A DNA stretch of 64,000 bases from Camelus dromedarius. Lineage: Eukaryota. The notes beneath the pieces are model-generated. The model searched no databases. It saw nothing but the letters and a program-made list of their open reading frames with translations, and was not told where the DNA came from. Positions 41,489-53,369 of this stretch are shown here, in pieces. Each line of letters opens with the position of its first letter. The first letter of the stretch is position 1. The stretch is taken from NCBI RefSeq assembly GCF_036321535.1, contig NC_087436.1:76634001-76698000 (forward strand), in the 5' to 3' direction. The translations under genes and the position numbers were made by a program.

Positions 41489-42139
41489 TTTTAGAGCAGG
41501 CAGAGAGCTAGATATGAGCAGAGAAAGGGGGACACAGGCCAGATGGCAGGGATTGGGCAGAAAGGAGGGGCACAAGCCAAATACAGGAAACCCCATTATG
41601 TAAGCACCAGGGGTCCCTGGGCAGAGAAAGAAAAGCAGGATCCTCTGGGCTGATAAGTGGTTACACTTTCTGGGGTGATGAGAAGCCTGGAGGCCAACAA
41701 AGAAATGTAGGAAAAGGCAGGAATCTCCAGTGTCTGAATGCAACCTTCTGCTTATTATGCACTCATTTCAATAAAATTAGCCTTGCAGATTAGAAGTACC
41801 CATCATGCACCAATGCCATGGCACTTCTGATCTGGACTAAATAAGGAAAATCTCTCCTCCCTTTGGAAAGGTGGAGTTGGGATGAAAATCAGGGAATATG
41901 ACCCCAAACCTTTCCCTTCCCAATGAATATTCTACCCATTCATTTTTACACCCTATGTAACCAACTTGCCAAAAAACTCAGGGCAGCCGCTCACCTGGGA
42001 CTGTTTGCTCTCCCCTTGAGAGTGTACTCTCCATCCCTTAGTAAGTCTTCCCTTAACTTTCTTAACCTCTTTGTCTTGTCTCTGAATTCTTTCTGGGATG
42101 GGGCAAGAACCTGGACACCGGCTACATCTACCAATAACA
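41489..42139 (+). mobile_element. ERV1-class solo LTR, MER50/MER41-group-like
   Basis: Start ttttagagcaggcagagagctagatatgagcag (TG decayed), end …tctgaattctttctgggatggggcaagaacc…ccaataaca. TSD ctac/ctgc. Confidence 0.8.
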
Positions 42140-42149
42140 CTGCCTGTCT

Positions 42150-42600
42150 GTTATCAGAGTCCTTCTCCACTGTTTCCCTGCTCTGCTGTGCATTGTATTA
42201 ATCTGCATTTCCCGGGCTCCCTACTCTCAACTTCCCAGCAAGTTTAGCAATGGGAGAAACTCATTGAAGATTAGAAAGTGCGGACGAGAAGCCTGGATGT
42301 TTCTGTTTCCAGTAGCTATTTTTACAGGTACTGAAACTCATCCCCAGCTCCAACTCCTGCCAAGTAGCCTGGTTCCACCACTCTTCAGATACCCTGGCTT
42401 CTGGATTCTAACAAAATCATTTCCTCCTTTGTTTCTCTCTCCCTCAGGAAACTAAGACCTTCTTGCTGTGGCTAATCTCTGAGTTGCCCCAACCAAAACC
42501 AATTTAGCTTTCAGTTCTTCTATTCATGCACCAGAAACTCCCTATGTTGACTTTCTTATGTTCAAGGACTTCAAATGGATTTATTTTTTCAGAGAGGACC
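42150..42600. mobile_element. LTR33-like ERVL LTR fragment
   Basis: ctgcatttcccgggctccct…agtttagcaatgggagaaactc…gaagattaga. Confidence 0.5.
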
Positions 42601-44574
42601 CTGACCTATATGCCTTCTTCAAGCGTTTTCTAGGATATAAAATTTTCCTATATCCTTCCACAGGTGGTCATATAAATGTTGCTTATGTATGTTGACTGTT
42701 CTTTTACAAGCTCTACGTGCTTGTATCAGAAACAGTCCCCTGGAAAATACTCCATTGTTCTCGATAAACAAGATTCAAACAGTGTATTTCCCCAACTCCT
42801 TGGAGAAATGTGGTTTAGTGTTCTGTGGGGGTAAATAAAGGTCCTCAAACTTTGAGGTGATTTTGACCAAGCCACAGATACCAAGGAAAGTAAGTGTGTT
42901 CTCTGTGTTTAATATTACACATAGAATATGCTTTCCACTTTCTATCCTTATTTTGTGCACTGAGTCACATCCCAATCCTCCATAGACAAAGTGTTGGCTA
43001 AGACTCTGAAGATAAGAATTAAATTGTGAGTAAAATTTATCTCTGCTTTCAAGCACAAAAAGTGTAATCTATGCATCAATTAAAAAATAAGATTCATTTA
43101 AATTATTTTACCCATTTCACCAGAAATGAAACAAAGCTATACCAGCACAAACATTTGTAAATAAATCTTTTTTTCTTGCTTCATCCCACTACTGACTGAA
43201 TCACATTATCATATTTTCACTTTCTTCTACTTTTTCCAATGGACAGTAGAGTTTATGAATCTGAATACAAAACAGGGCTGTAAAACCTCAGCAGAGTAAA
43301 CCTAGGCTGCAAAAGGACTGGAGAGAGGAGTGGAAAGGCACTGACCCCACGGCTGTTCAGGACTAGAAGTGTCATCTTCGCTAAATCAGCAGAGTGCAGG
43401 GTTTCCTTCAGTCTCCTCATCTTCAACCTTCGGGGCTGGGTTGAATGACCTATTAAGATGCTTCTGCTAAAAAGAAAAAAAGAGAGAGAGACATAAAGAA
43501 ACAAAAACAGAATGGAGACTTATCTTTTGATCCCAATACAAGAGCAGTCACACATCCCTTGTGAATTGAAGGAGTCATAGAAGCAGAAATTTATAGTAGG
43601 AGACTCCAACACCATGTTCGTAATGTTTTAATCCATTCTTTTGTTCTTTCCATAGACAACCGAACACTGAATAAATTGAGAAACAATCACATTTTACATG
43701 GCAAGAGGTAAGCAAATTTTGACTGGAAAAATGTGATGTTCAGTTAATGCCATTGTATAATTTTAAATCTATAAGGTATCTTGGGAAAATTGTGTATAGA
43801 ATTTCTGGGTGTTCTTAAACCTACTGAAGTCTATTCACGGGACCCCTGACCAAGTTATGCCCATCATTCAATAGGTTAGAGACTTGATACTCAAAAAGAA
43901 TTTAAATGGATAGTCCAAAGACACCAGGATATGTATGATGGAAACTATACTGAAACAGATCTATCAATTACTCCTTCTATTTCAAACTGCCTCTTATTTG
44001 GCTAGGAAATGTTAATAATTAGTATTATTGATATAGTAATAAAATGATTATTACCATTATTGATGTAAAAATAAATAAAAAGTACCATTTGCATCAAGTG
44101 GTAAAATGTCCGAGATACAGGATGAAAACATCACTAATGAAAGACTTGAAGCAAATATGGGGAAGGCTAGAGAGGTGGTGGTGGGCGCTTTTCTCCTAAG
44201 GATCACGTAGATCAGGTAGCTTTCTGTCAAAGGTGCAGATCAGTAAATAAAAGTTAATTTCAAAATAAATTCTCTTTTTTGCTTAAACTGATTGAATATC
44301 ATGATGGGATTCCACAACCAGCCTTCTTTAATTCCTCTTTCCTCACACACATCTCTTAACTCTCCTGGCTTCAACTCCCCTGGGAAATGCAGCAGAGAGA
44401 CCCCTTGCTGATCCTTGGCTCCCACCTCTTGTCCCTTCTCCAGCATCACAAAAGCATGCCAGCCTAGGGACCCCCTAGGTTCTTGGGAGAGGGTGAAAAA
44501 CAGAGTAAGTTAAGTCAGTATCTCAGTTAGCAAAGACAGATTTGGGGAAAGACCAAGAGTATTCATCATTTACC

Positions 44575-47100
44575 ACTTCTGGATGTATTGATTTATTTCT
44601 GTGGATTCGAGTTAACCTCCGGAGTCATTTCCTTAGCCCTGCTGAGCTGTGTTCCCACCCACCTCCTTTGAGCTCTTAATGGCAAATATATTACATTTCT
44701 GTGTGTTATAGGCTCAAAAAGTCATTATATACATATTGTTTTGTTTTATACAATTGATTTTTAAATTACTTAAGAGAAGAAAAGATAAGAAATATACATT
44801 CATACTCTCTTTCACAATTAACATTTTTGCCTTTATAAGTGTTCTTTGTTTCCTTCTGTGGATTTGAAAAATATGAGATCGTTTGCTTTTAGCCTGAAAA
44901 ATTTCCTTTAGTGTTTCTCAAAGATGGGTCTGTGAATAATACACTATTTTACTTTTGGTTTATCTTTCAAAGTCTTTTTTCTCCTTTCTGTTTTGAGTGA
45001 TAGCTTTGCTGCCTGTAGGATTCTTGGTTGACAGTCTTCACTCTGAGCACATTGGGCATGTTATCCCACCGCTGTCTGACCACCACTGTTCCTGAGGAGA
45101 ATTCACCTGGTAATTTTGGGGGGTTCTCTGTGTGGGATGAGTCGTTTTTCTCTTGCTGCTTTCAAGGTTTTCTCCTGGCCTTTGGCGTTCACCATGTGTA
45201 CCACGACTTGCCTGTCTGTGGATCTCTGCACTTGGCCTATGAGTTTGTGAGCTTCATGGATGTGTAATGTTTTGCAACATATTTGGCAGGTTTTCAACTA
45301 TTTCTTTTTTTCTCTTTTCTCTCTCTTCACATTGTGTGTATGTTGGTGTGCTCAGTACTGTCTCATATGTCTCTGAATATATATATATTTTAATTCTTTT
45401 CTTCTCTCTGTCCTTCAGATTGCATTATCTCTATCAGTCTATTTTCACTTTGCTAATTACTACTCTGACTTGTTCCAAGCTACTCTTGAGTTCTGCCAAA
45501 GAATTTTTCATTTAAGTTACTGAAAATTTCAACTGTAGTTCTTATTTCCTTTTAGTTCTTACTTTTATAATGTGTATCTCCTTATTGATACTCTATTTGT
45601 TGCAACATTGCTATTATTACCTTTCTGTATGTCTTTCATCATAGTCTCATTTTAGTTTCTTAAATATATTTATAATGCCACTCTGAAGTCTTCATCTATT
45701 AACCCTGACATCGAGTCACTCACAGACTGCTTTTTTCCCAGTGTGTGGGTCATATGTTCTCGTTTCTTTGCATGTCTCATAATTTTTTTTTGTTGGAAGT
45801 GACATTAGAGATAACATATTCTGGCAATTCTGGTGCTGGCCTCTCCCTGCCAGGGTCTGTTATTGTTATGGACTGGACCATTTTTGTGAAGTAGATCACC
45901 CACCCCACCCCGACCCACCACTCTGTGAAGCCTCTGATGCGGTTTGCTGAGGCACACAGCCTTGGATAGCCCACATCAACCTCAAACGACAGTGTTTGGC
46001 AGGACTTCCTTTGACTGTCTTTTCCCCTGCCTGCACCAAGTTAGTTGCACTACTGTGATTGCCAGCTACTTGCTGTATTGTTTTCAACAATATCCTAGGG
46101 TATGAATTGTTCAGCCGACCTATCCAATGAAATTAGACCCCATGAAATTACATCCAGTGAAATTAGGCTGCTTTGAAGGGGTAGCTCCTGTCTGAGATTT
46201 GTTCTGGCCCAGGAAGTGTTCCTCCCCCTGCCTCTTTCCCCACCTCTCTGGCAAACAGCTAGCCAACACTTTTGCCTATATCCCCAATGAATCTACCAAC
46301 CTCCTATCATATGTTTGTTGCCACAATCCTGCTAGTTTTGAGGACACCTTGAAGTTTAAATTTCTCTACACCCTATTGCAAATGAAATCAGTTCTTTTGG
46401 GAAAGGAGTCAGAGCTTTCTAATATGCAACCTGATTCTCCTTCCAGGCAAAACGTATTAGCCATAGCTCCGGAGCTAGGTGTGGGGTCAATGGAAAGACA
46501 CACTTGCCTTGGTGCTGAGTGCTGAGTGGAAGGGGGCAAACTGTAGCCTCGGGTTTTGTCTGCTTGCCTCTCTCAACATGGAACCTCCACCCACCTGACA
46601 AGCAAGGCAAAGGACAGGCTTCGGCATTCTCAGTGAGGCTCCACCCAAGATAGCCTCTGCCCGCGAGTGGGGGCTGAGTGGGAGACAGGAGCCCCTGCCT
46701 GTCAGTCACACTTGCTCAGAACCTAGGTTCAGCAACAGACAGTCGGGATCAGGATGAGAAATGCTGTTGTGCTGCCTCTCCTAGGAAAATAGCCCTCTGA
46801 CTTGGAGCTAGAAATGAGAGTGAGTCCTGCATCCTTGGTTACACAACTCTGGAGTGGAGTTTCTGTCTTGCTGAGATGGGAGAGCAAAGGAGAGAGTTGG
46901 GTCTTGGTTCAAATACCATCGACTCTTGCTGTTCTTGCCAAGTTGTAGTAGATATTCCTGAATGAATATTTTTTCATTTGCTGTGTGCTCTTAGATCCAT
47001 TTCCAGAGACTTTAAATAGTTGCTTTTTATAAAAATATTTTTTATCAGTTTTGCTGGAAGCAAGTCCATAGAATTCCTTGCACTGTTATACTGGAGGCAG
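44575..47100 (-). mobile_element. L1M 5'UTR/ORF1 region, antisense
   Basis: ORF 45103-45297(-) contains RQVVVHMVNAKGQEKTLKAAREKRLIPHRE, matching L1 ORF1p (RHIIVK…KDKEKILKAAREK). gatagctttgctgcctgtaggattcttggttgacag is the antisense ORF1 C-terminus. Confidence 0.85.
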
Positions 47101-47689
47101 AGCCCCCACATTATCTTATTTATTTTTGAAAATTTTGAAATGCTTAAAAAAAATTCTGTGAATTGAATATTATTATCCTTATTTTATGAATAAAAAATTT
47201 ATTCTTATTCCACATCACAATTCGTTGGTGACAGAGGATTTGAATAGCATCTTTGCAAATGAAAACTTCAAAGCACCCTCTCTTAATGTATTACACACTA
47301 ATTTAACAGCAAAGAAAGGATATAGGAGAGAAATGATTACTTCTGGGAAACACAGATTTTGAAGTACAGAGACCTATTATAATAGGCATCTTAGTGAGCA
47401 GTTGTCTTGTGTTATTTTATATTCTGAATACCGAGGGATTGTCTGGTAATAGAGATTACTTAGTAAGGTTTGTTGCTGAATTAATACAAAGATGAATTGT
47501 GGGGAGAGGAATTTTCCTGGCTTTGTCCTTTCCATTTTCATTTCAGTTGATGATCATTTTAAGATAAGATACGACAATTTTATAGATTATGAGGAAAAAT
47601 TCTATGTAGAAACACTGGAGGTAAATAGTCTGAAAGACAAGAGTATATGCAGAAAGATCCGCCTGCAAACAGAGTCTTAGACTCCTCCT

Positions 47690-47825
47690 TACAACTGTAG
47701 ATCCCTCAGCCCAGCTCTGCACCCTTCAGATCAGGATCTCTGGCAATGTGGTCCAGGAATCGACTGTTCTTATCATGCATTCCCCAGATGATGCTTACAC
47801 ATACGAATAATCAAAAAGCATGGAT
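47690..47825. mobile_element. MER5A-like hAT element
   Basis: tcaggatctctggcaatgtggtccaggaatc…ttccccagatgatgctta. Confidence 0.6.
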
Positions 47826-48644
47826 CAAACAAGCCAAATACTAATAAATATAGGATTTTAAACATCCAACCTATTCCCCGAATGTCAAATATCACGCAGA
47901 ATAAAGGAAGACACCTCTGAAGGAGAGTGAGGGAGATGAAGGGGTCGTCACTGATGAAGCGTTTCTTTGCCTGGATTGAGAGTTAATATGTAAAAAACTG
48001 TGTAAGTGAAACAGAATAGAAATGGAAAATAGTTTTTATTCGGGATAAATAAATTACAAACCACTTACATAATCAGAACAAATAAAAAATATGTTTAGTG
48101 TGTGAACAAGAATAATTATAGTTCCTCAATCAGTCTTGGCATATGAGACAGTAGTTTAAGTCTGATATTTTTGTTTTGATAGATGATATAAAGGGGATGA
48201 AAGGCAAAAAAAGAAAAGAAAAGAAACCTGATTTCTCCTTTTTTAATGTCAGGTAAAATGGGTAATGGTTTATTGAAGAACGTGAATTTCATCAAAGGTC
48301 ATTCAAAGCAAAGCACTATAATGATTCACTTTTTACAGATACTAATTATATTTTCACTCATGCTTTTCATTATTTCAAAATAAAATTGTTCTTCATTTTT
48401 ATGCCAGAACATCTTTACAAAAGTTGTTACAGATTATTTCCAATACCTTTTGCTCAGCCATTTGGCACCATCACTATCCAGGCAACAATGTTCATATGGT
48501 AATAGTTAAATTTGTTTTTCACTAGGGCTCTCTCATCCAGATTTTTCATTTCCAGGCTACACATGCTGAACCCGAGAAAATCTTTTAATTATTTTATTTG
48601 AATATGGATATTTCTAATTCAATTAGTATCAGATATGTTGCTTT

Positions 48645-48692
48645 TTTCTTTTTTCTTTTTCTTTTTCTTTTTTTCTTTTTTTTTTTTTTTTT
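48645..48692. repeat. (CTTTT)n/poly-T tract
   Basis: cttttttcttttttcttttctttttctttttttctttttttttttttttt. Confidence 0.9.
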
Positions 48693-48855
48693 GCTTAAAG
48701 AGTGGTCTTTACTCTACAAATACAAGATTCTTTAGATCTTATTGTTCAGGTTACGGTTAGTCAGGCAAACTTAGGCTTGAGTTTCAGCTCTGCCTCTCCT
48801 TAGCTGCGTGCCGTGAAGAGAAGGTTAACCTCTTTGAAGCTCACTTTCGTCATCT

Positions 48856-49283
48856 TGGCTTGGAACCACTGGATTTCCCCCGGTGAAATTTGAAACTGGC
48901 CCCCATCTGTGGAGGACAGAGAGAAACCCAAGGAAGAGGCAGAGCACTCTGGATTGGTAGGTGGTAGGTTTAATAAGCAAGGGGACTTACATGCAAAACT
49001 CATCCCTGGCACCCACAAGAAGAGTCAGTTTCCACACCCACCTGCCAGAATCTTGAAAATTTATATAGAGGCCTGAAAGGGCTTCAGTCACATACCCTGT
49101 CCAGATGGTCTTAACAACACATCACTCTCTCAAGGGTCCATCCTCGAAAACGGCTCCCACCATGGGAATGATGGGCAGAACACACATTCTGAGGATAGGG
49201 GAGGGGGTGAGGAGCCCCTGATTGCCCAGGTGCAACTTGTGGGTCAACCAGCAATCACGTCTTCTCAATGTCCACTTCCAACC
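48856..49283 (-). mobile_element. Solo LTR inserted into a MIR
   Basis: Antisense TATA (tttatata ~49060) and polyA signal (tttaat ~48970). The MIR core is split: …aacctctttgaagctcactttcgtcatct | insert | cctcatctctaaaatg…, with tcatct duplicated. Confidence 0.7.
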
Positions 49284-49394
49284 CCTCATCTCTAAAATGA
49301 AATGACACTTAACTTTGCATCAGTGTCAGTATTAAAGGAGTCGATTGAAATAATGCACAGAGCAGAGAACTTGGCACACACTAATCGGTTATTA

Positions 49395-49890
49395 TCATTG
49401 TCTAACAATTAACCCCAAAATTCTAGAAACAAACATTTCACTTTGCTTCTTATTTTATAGATTAGAAATTTGAGGAATGCTTGGCTCTGATATGGGTGCA
49501 CTCAGACATTGGCTGGGATACAGTCATAGGAAAGTCTGAATGGGCTGGCTGTCGAAGACGGCTCTCAAGTGCTGACCCTTGGAGTCAATTATAGGCTGAT
49601 GGCTCAGCTGGGCTGTTGACTAGGGCGTCTGCTTTTGTCTTCTCCAGCATACTGGTTGCAGGATAATCAGACTTATTGCATGGTTTCTGACTTCCGTCAG
49701 AGTGAGCTTTCCAAGACAGCCAGGTGGAAGCTTCGTGGTCTCTTCTGATCCAGCCTTGGAGTTATACAGCTCCCATCTACTATGTTCGGTTAATAATAAG
49801 AGTCACTAAAGCTGGTCCAGGTTCAAAAGGAAGAAGCTTTAGACCTCAGATCTTGATGGGGAGAGTTCAGTTTCTCTTCAAAACACCACG
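49395..49890 (-). mobile_element. MaLR LTR, MLT1H-like
   Basis: taacaattaaccccaaaa…ggctcagctgggctgttgactag…ccaggtggaagc…gagtcactaaagctggtccaggttcaaaagg…aaaacaccac. Confidence 0.7.
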
Positions 49891-49985
49891 TAATCCTGCA
49901 GATTTGAGATAGGCATAGTCCATGTAATTTAGGTTAATTTTCTCTCAAGTTTTCATATTTATATTCTAAAAGTATTATATTGGAC

Positions 49986-50031
<46 letters not shown>
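49986..50031. repeat. Compound (TA)n(CA)n microsatellite
   Basis: atatatatatatatatatatacacacacacacacacacacacac. Confidence 0.95.
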
Positions 50032-50899
50032 TTTACTTATTATACATATTTATATATAAATTCCCCCAATAGCTACATCCATTGGTAAATCCACTTACAG
50101 GTGTCAAGTATCAAAATAAATTATTAAAAGATTGGTGTATATTCTAGAGGATTAATCTTTTTAAATATAGTTGCTTAATTATAGACAAAGGCACTAACCA
50201 GAAGATGCTAAGATCTGCAGATGTTAAGATGCTAAGGGTGGTAGTAACCCAAGGGTTCTATAAAACTATATTCTGAGAAGAAAACATTATAAACAAAGAA
50301 ATTTCAATTATGACTATATTCATATATTAGACTCCAAAAGAGTGAATTGAAGATACTTTGTAAGGATTCCTATCACATATCATGGATGTTCTTTTTGCTC
50401 AGCTGTTTCATAGTGTTCCCGCCATGAAATATCTCTGTTTAAAAGAGCGACTTCATATGTTAACTTTCAACTTTGATTTGTACCCTAGTGTTTCAATACG
50501 CTAATTCTCCATGGAGTTGCTATTGTTATCAGTAAACCATGGCTATTGATAACAGAGCTGGATGTTTCCTGAGGGCAAGGTCTTCACCAATGTGATAGAT
50601 TTCTAGATAGTCATTTAGCTTGCTTATCTCCTATGAATTGAAAATATGAGAATGCAGATCTGGAACCTTACCTGGGATACCAAATGACTTTGTGGGCAGA
50701 ACGGCTCACAGGAGCTAGGTATTATTGATCAGCCAAGCCCTAAGGTCCAGTGTACAGCAGCAACCCCAAGTATCAGTGGGGACAATGTTTTATTCAGGTT
50801 CAGAAAGAACAAGCAAACCACATAAGCAGACTCCCATGAAAACCATCTCTGCTGTACCAATGCCTTTCCTTCAAATTATACCTTCTAGAGGTTGACTGC

Positions 50900-51326
50900 T
50901 CTGGTATATGCTGACATTCACTTCCCAAATTTCCCTTCAGGGATAAAAGACTCATTATCCCACACACTGTAATAGCCCTCGCTGTCAGCCCTTTGGAGGT
51001 TGCCTTAGTTGAAAAGAGCCTCCTTTCCTGAGATCACCCCCCATCTTGAGTAGCCTACATTCGGTGATCACTGAAAAAGGCATACAAAGATCTGATTCTC
51101 TCCCCCGAGCTCAGGACAGATCTCAGGAGTCTTCTGGTCTTCAGTCTTGTCTGCAGGGCAAGCAGAGGTGCTCCACGGATACTGCATCACAGCTCGCATC
51201 TCTGCCCAGTCCTGCCTCACCCTTTTTCCTTCCACAGATACGTTCTCAAGAGCACACTCTGATACACCTCTTGCATGTTAAATCCTTTGAACAGACTCTG
51301 CTTCCTGGGAAACCCAATCTGAAACA
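50900..51326 (+). mobile_element. ERVL LTR, LTR16-family-like
   Basis: Ends in ctctgcttcctgggaaacccaatctgaaaca, typical of LTR16 3' termini, and directly precedes ERVL internal sequence. Confidence 0.7.
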
Positions 51327-51328
51327 AT

Positions 51329-52116
51329 TATGATCAACTGACAGAGGAGGAAAAACTCAGATCTGGTCCACAGACGGGAATATGTAAAACCTTAGGACCA
51401 GCCAGAAAAGTACTGCTACCACCATGCTCCAGCCTTCCTCAAAGATGGCCCCAGATTGGGGTGAAGGAAATTCTCTCAGTGTTCAAAATTATGAGCAGTG
51501 CAGTCTACAGTTTACCAGGCAGAGAGGACAGTGGTTTGAGTTATGACTGTACGTTGACCCCTGTGCATGAAGGAGCAACAACCAATGATCAGAGGCAAAG
51601 AAGTCTGGAGAAGAGGCCAGTAGGTGGAACACTGGAAGTGGCCACAGAATATGCAAATATTTATGTCTCACATGAATGCCCACTGAGATGTATTCACTAC
51701 AAAAGAGGCACTCAGCAACCAACTGGACAAGATGATCCATCTTGCAAGTGTCAACCACCGTATTTACTCAGCCCAGTGGTGCTGACACAGTGAGTTATGA
51801 ATGATGTGTCAGGGATAGAGGCGCTAAATGGACTACCTCGCATCAAGAATGAACTCGCTACTGCTGCTCTAGAGTGCCCTCACACACGCAGCAATGTGGC
51901 GTCATCCCTGAAGAGAAGAGCCAACTGTCTGATTCCAATGTCATTACACTGGAGCTCTTCCACCTTGTGCCATCTTTACTGGAATTGACACCTGGGCTTT
52001 CCTTTTAGCCTTACAGAACCTCCTCCATCACTACAATAAGAGTATTTACCTAATGCTTGATCTATTCACATGGTATCACATCCAACATTGACTTATGCTA
52101 ACAGATTGTTTTTACA
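51329..52116 (+). mobile_element. ERVL-class internal sequence (pol RNase H/integrase remnant, ERV3-16A3/ERVL-E-like), 5' part
   Basis: tatgatcaactgacagaggaggaaaaa (YDQLTEEEK), atatttatgtctcacatgaatgcccac and ctgctctagagtgccc resemble the recalled HERVL pol RNase H and integrase zinc-finger region. Many stops and indels. Confidence 0.75.
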
Positions 52117-52656
52117 TGTTAAGATGTCATATCTGTCTGTTGCAATTCAGGTAGGATGAAGCACGTGCTCTGTGGCGTTGAGTTCTAGTGAGTGGGCATG
52201 AGCTATGGACAGCTTTTCCTTCTCATGGGCCCAGTGTTGAGGCAGCCCCATCTTCTGAGAAGTCTGCAGAAGAAGCCTCTCTGTGGTTTGGGAACTTAGT
52301 GACATATTTTCTCTTCTAGCTCTAATGTCATATTTCCCTCATTTTCAGTTTCAGTGATGTCATTGAAACTTTCAGCTTTGATCATCTCATTCTGCCAGGG
52401 GATGGAGACACACCCTATAAGAAATTGATCATAAAAAGTGCTATCTGTGGTGTCCAGGGAGTCTGCTTTTACCAGGGAGAACTGCTTAAAATCCAGGACA
52501 CCCTTACAACAAACCATAGGAGGATCAGGACAGAGAGGAGGAGCTATTTGCTTTCAGCCTCCTGAAGCTAGTGTCCTTAAACACAGGGCGTTATTTTATT
52601 CCAGCTACTGCATGGCCCTCATCGCCCAGCTGTTGCCTCAGACTCTTGGTGAATAT
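52117..52656 (-). pseudogene. GRK4: GRK4 processed pseudogene fragment (last coding exons plus probable 3'UTR)
   Basis: Minus-strand translation IFTKSLRQQLGDEGHAVAGIK*RPVFKDTSFRRLKAN-(frameshift ~52543)[104 protein letters not shown] matches the recalled GRK4 C-terminus ([61 protein letters not shown]…[20 protein letters not shown]…[21 protein letters not shown]). [11 protein letters not shown] and RGFFxRLxRRxGCL distinguish GRK4 from GRK5/6. In-frame stops at 52593-52591 and 52298-52296. Intronless. Confidence 0.9.
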
Positions 52657-52800
52657 TTACAGTGCTCACCGTCTGAGCTCCAGCAGCTGCGCAGACCCAC
52701 TTCCTAGACGTGCTGTGCCGTGCCTGCCCCAGGGCCTGTACGCACACCTTGTGCTCACTTTCTCTCTGTCTCTCGTTCTCACTCTTGTTCTTGCTCTCTC

Positions 52801-53369
52801 TTAAAATTCAAGTAGTCTTTATTCAGAGTTGAAAAATGTACCATACTGCATTATTGCAAATTTTTTTCTGGTACAAAACACTTTGCAGCTGGTGAGAAGG
52901 CGATACAAATTTGATTTTTAAATTCATTACTCTAAATTATTCTTACAGGACTTTGCAAATTCAGAATTTGCAAACTGCATTTACTTTTTCTAAATTGCCC
53001 ATTGTCCTTGCTGTTCCTAAAGCTAAAGCAGCTGTGCCAGGGAGAAGGAAAGGGAGGAGAAGGTAGCAAACGTCAAGGGACTTTCAGTTCTCATCCAGTG
53101 CCCGCAAACTTCAGAGCATCAGCCTGGCTCTTTCCGTAATCAAAACCCAGCTCCTCACAGGTCTGGATGGCTCTCTTACCAAAAATCCCTGTCTTGTGAT
53201 CACCATTAACCATCAAAACATTTGCAGAGCAGTTTGGTTTTACTGAATGATTTGCAAAAGGAATTTTGTTACCCTTGTGGGTTGCATCCACCACAAAACC
53301 ATTATTTAGGTTAAACATAAAGCAACACATGTATTTATTGTATACTTTCTTCTGTCTGCTTCATCTTGA
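52801..53369 (-). pseudogene. EZH2: EZH2 processed pseudogene, 5'-truncated (C-terminal SET-domain exons plus 3'UTR)
   Basis: Minus-strand translation QDEADRR-(4-nt deletion)[89 protein letters not shown] aligns with the recalled EZH2 C-terminus (…[87 protein letters not shown]). Premature TGA at 53093-53091, native stop at 53075-53073. It is followed by EZH2-like 3'UTR with AATAAA (+ strand tttatt, 52818-52823). No introns across the last recalled exon junctions. The MC, IQT and xxxP* residues and the UTR favour EZH2 over EZH1. Confidence 0.95.

Noticed and set aside
52296..52517. Initial resemblance of the 73-aa ORF to TCTP/TPT1
   Set aside because: The extended alignment on both sides fits the GRK4 C-terminus far better ([22 protein letters not shown]).
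53091..53330. Functional EZH2/EZH1 exon or a small SET protein
   Set aside because: It is intronless across several junctions, has an upstream frameshift and a premature stop, and is embedded in an ERVL, so it is a pseudogene.
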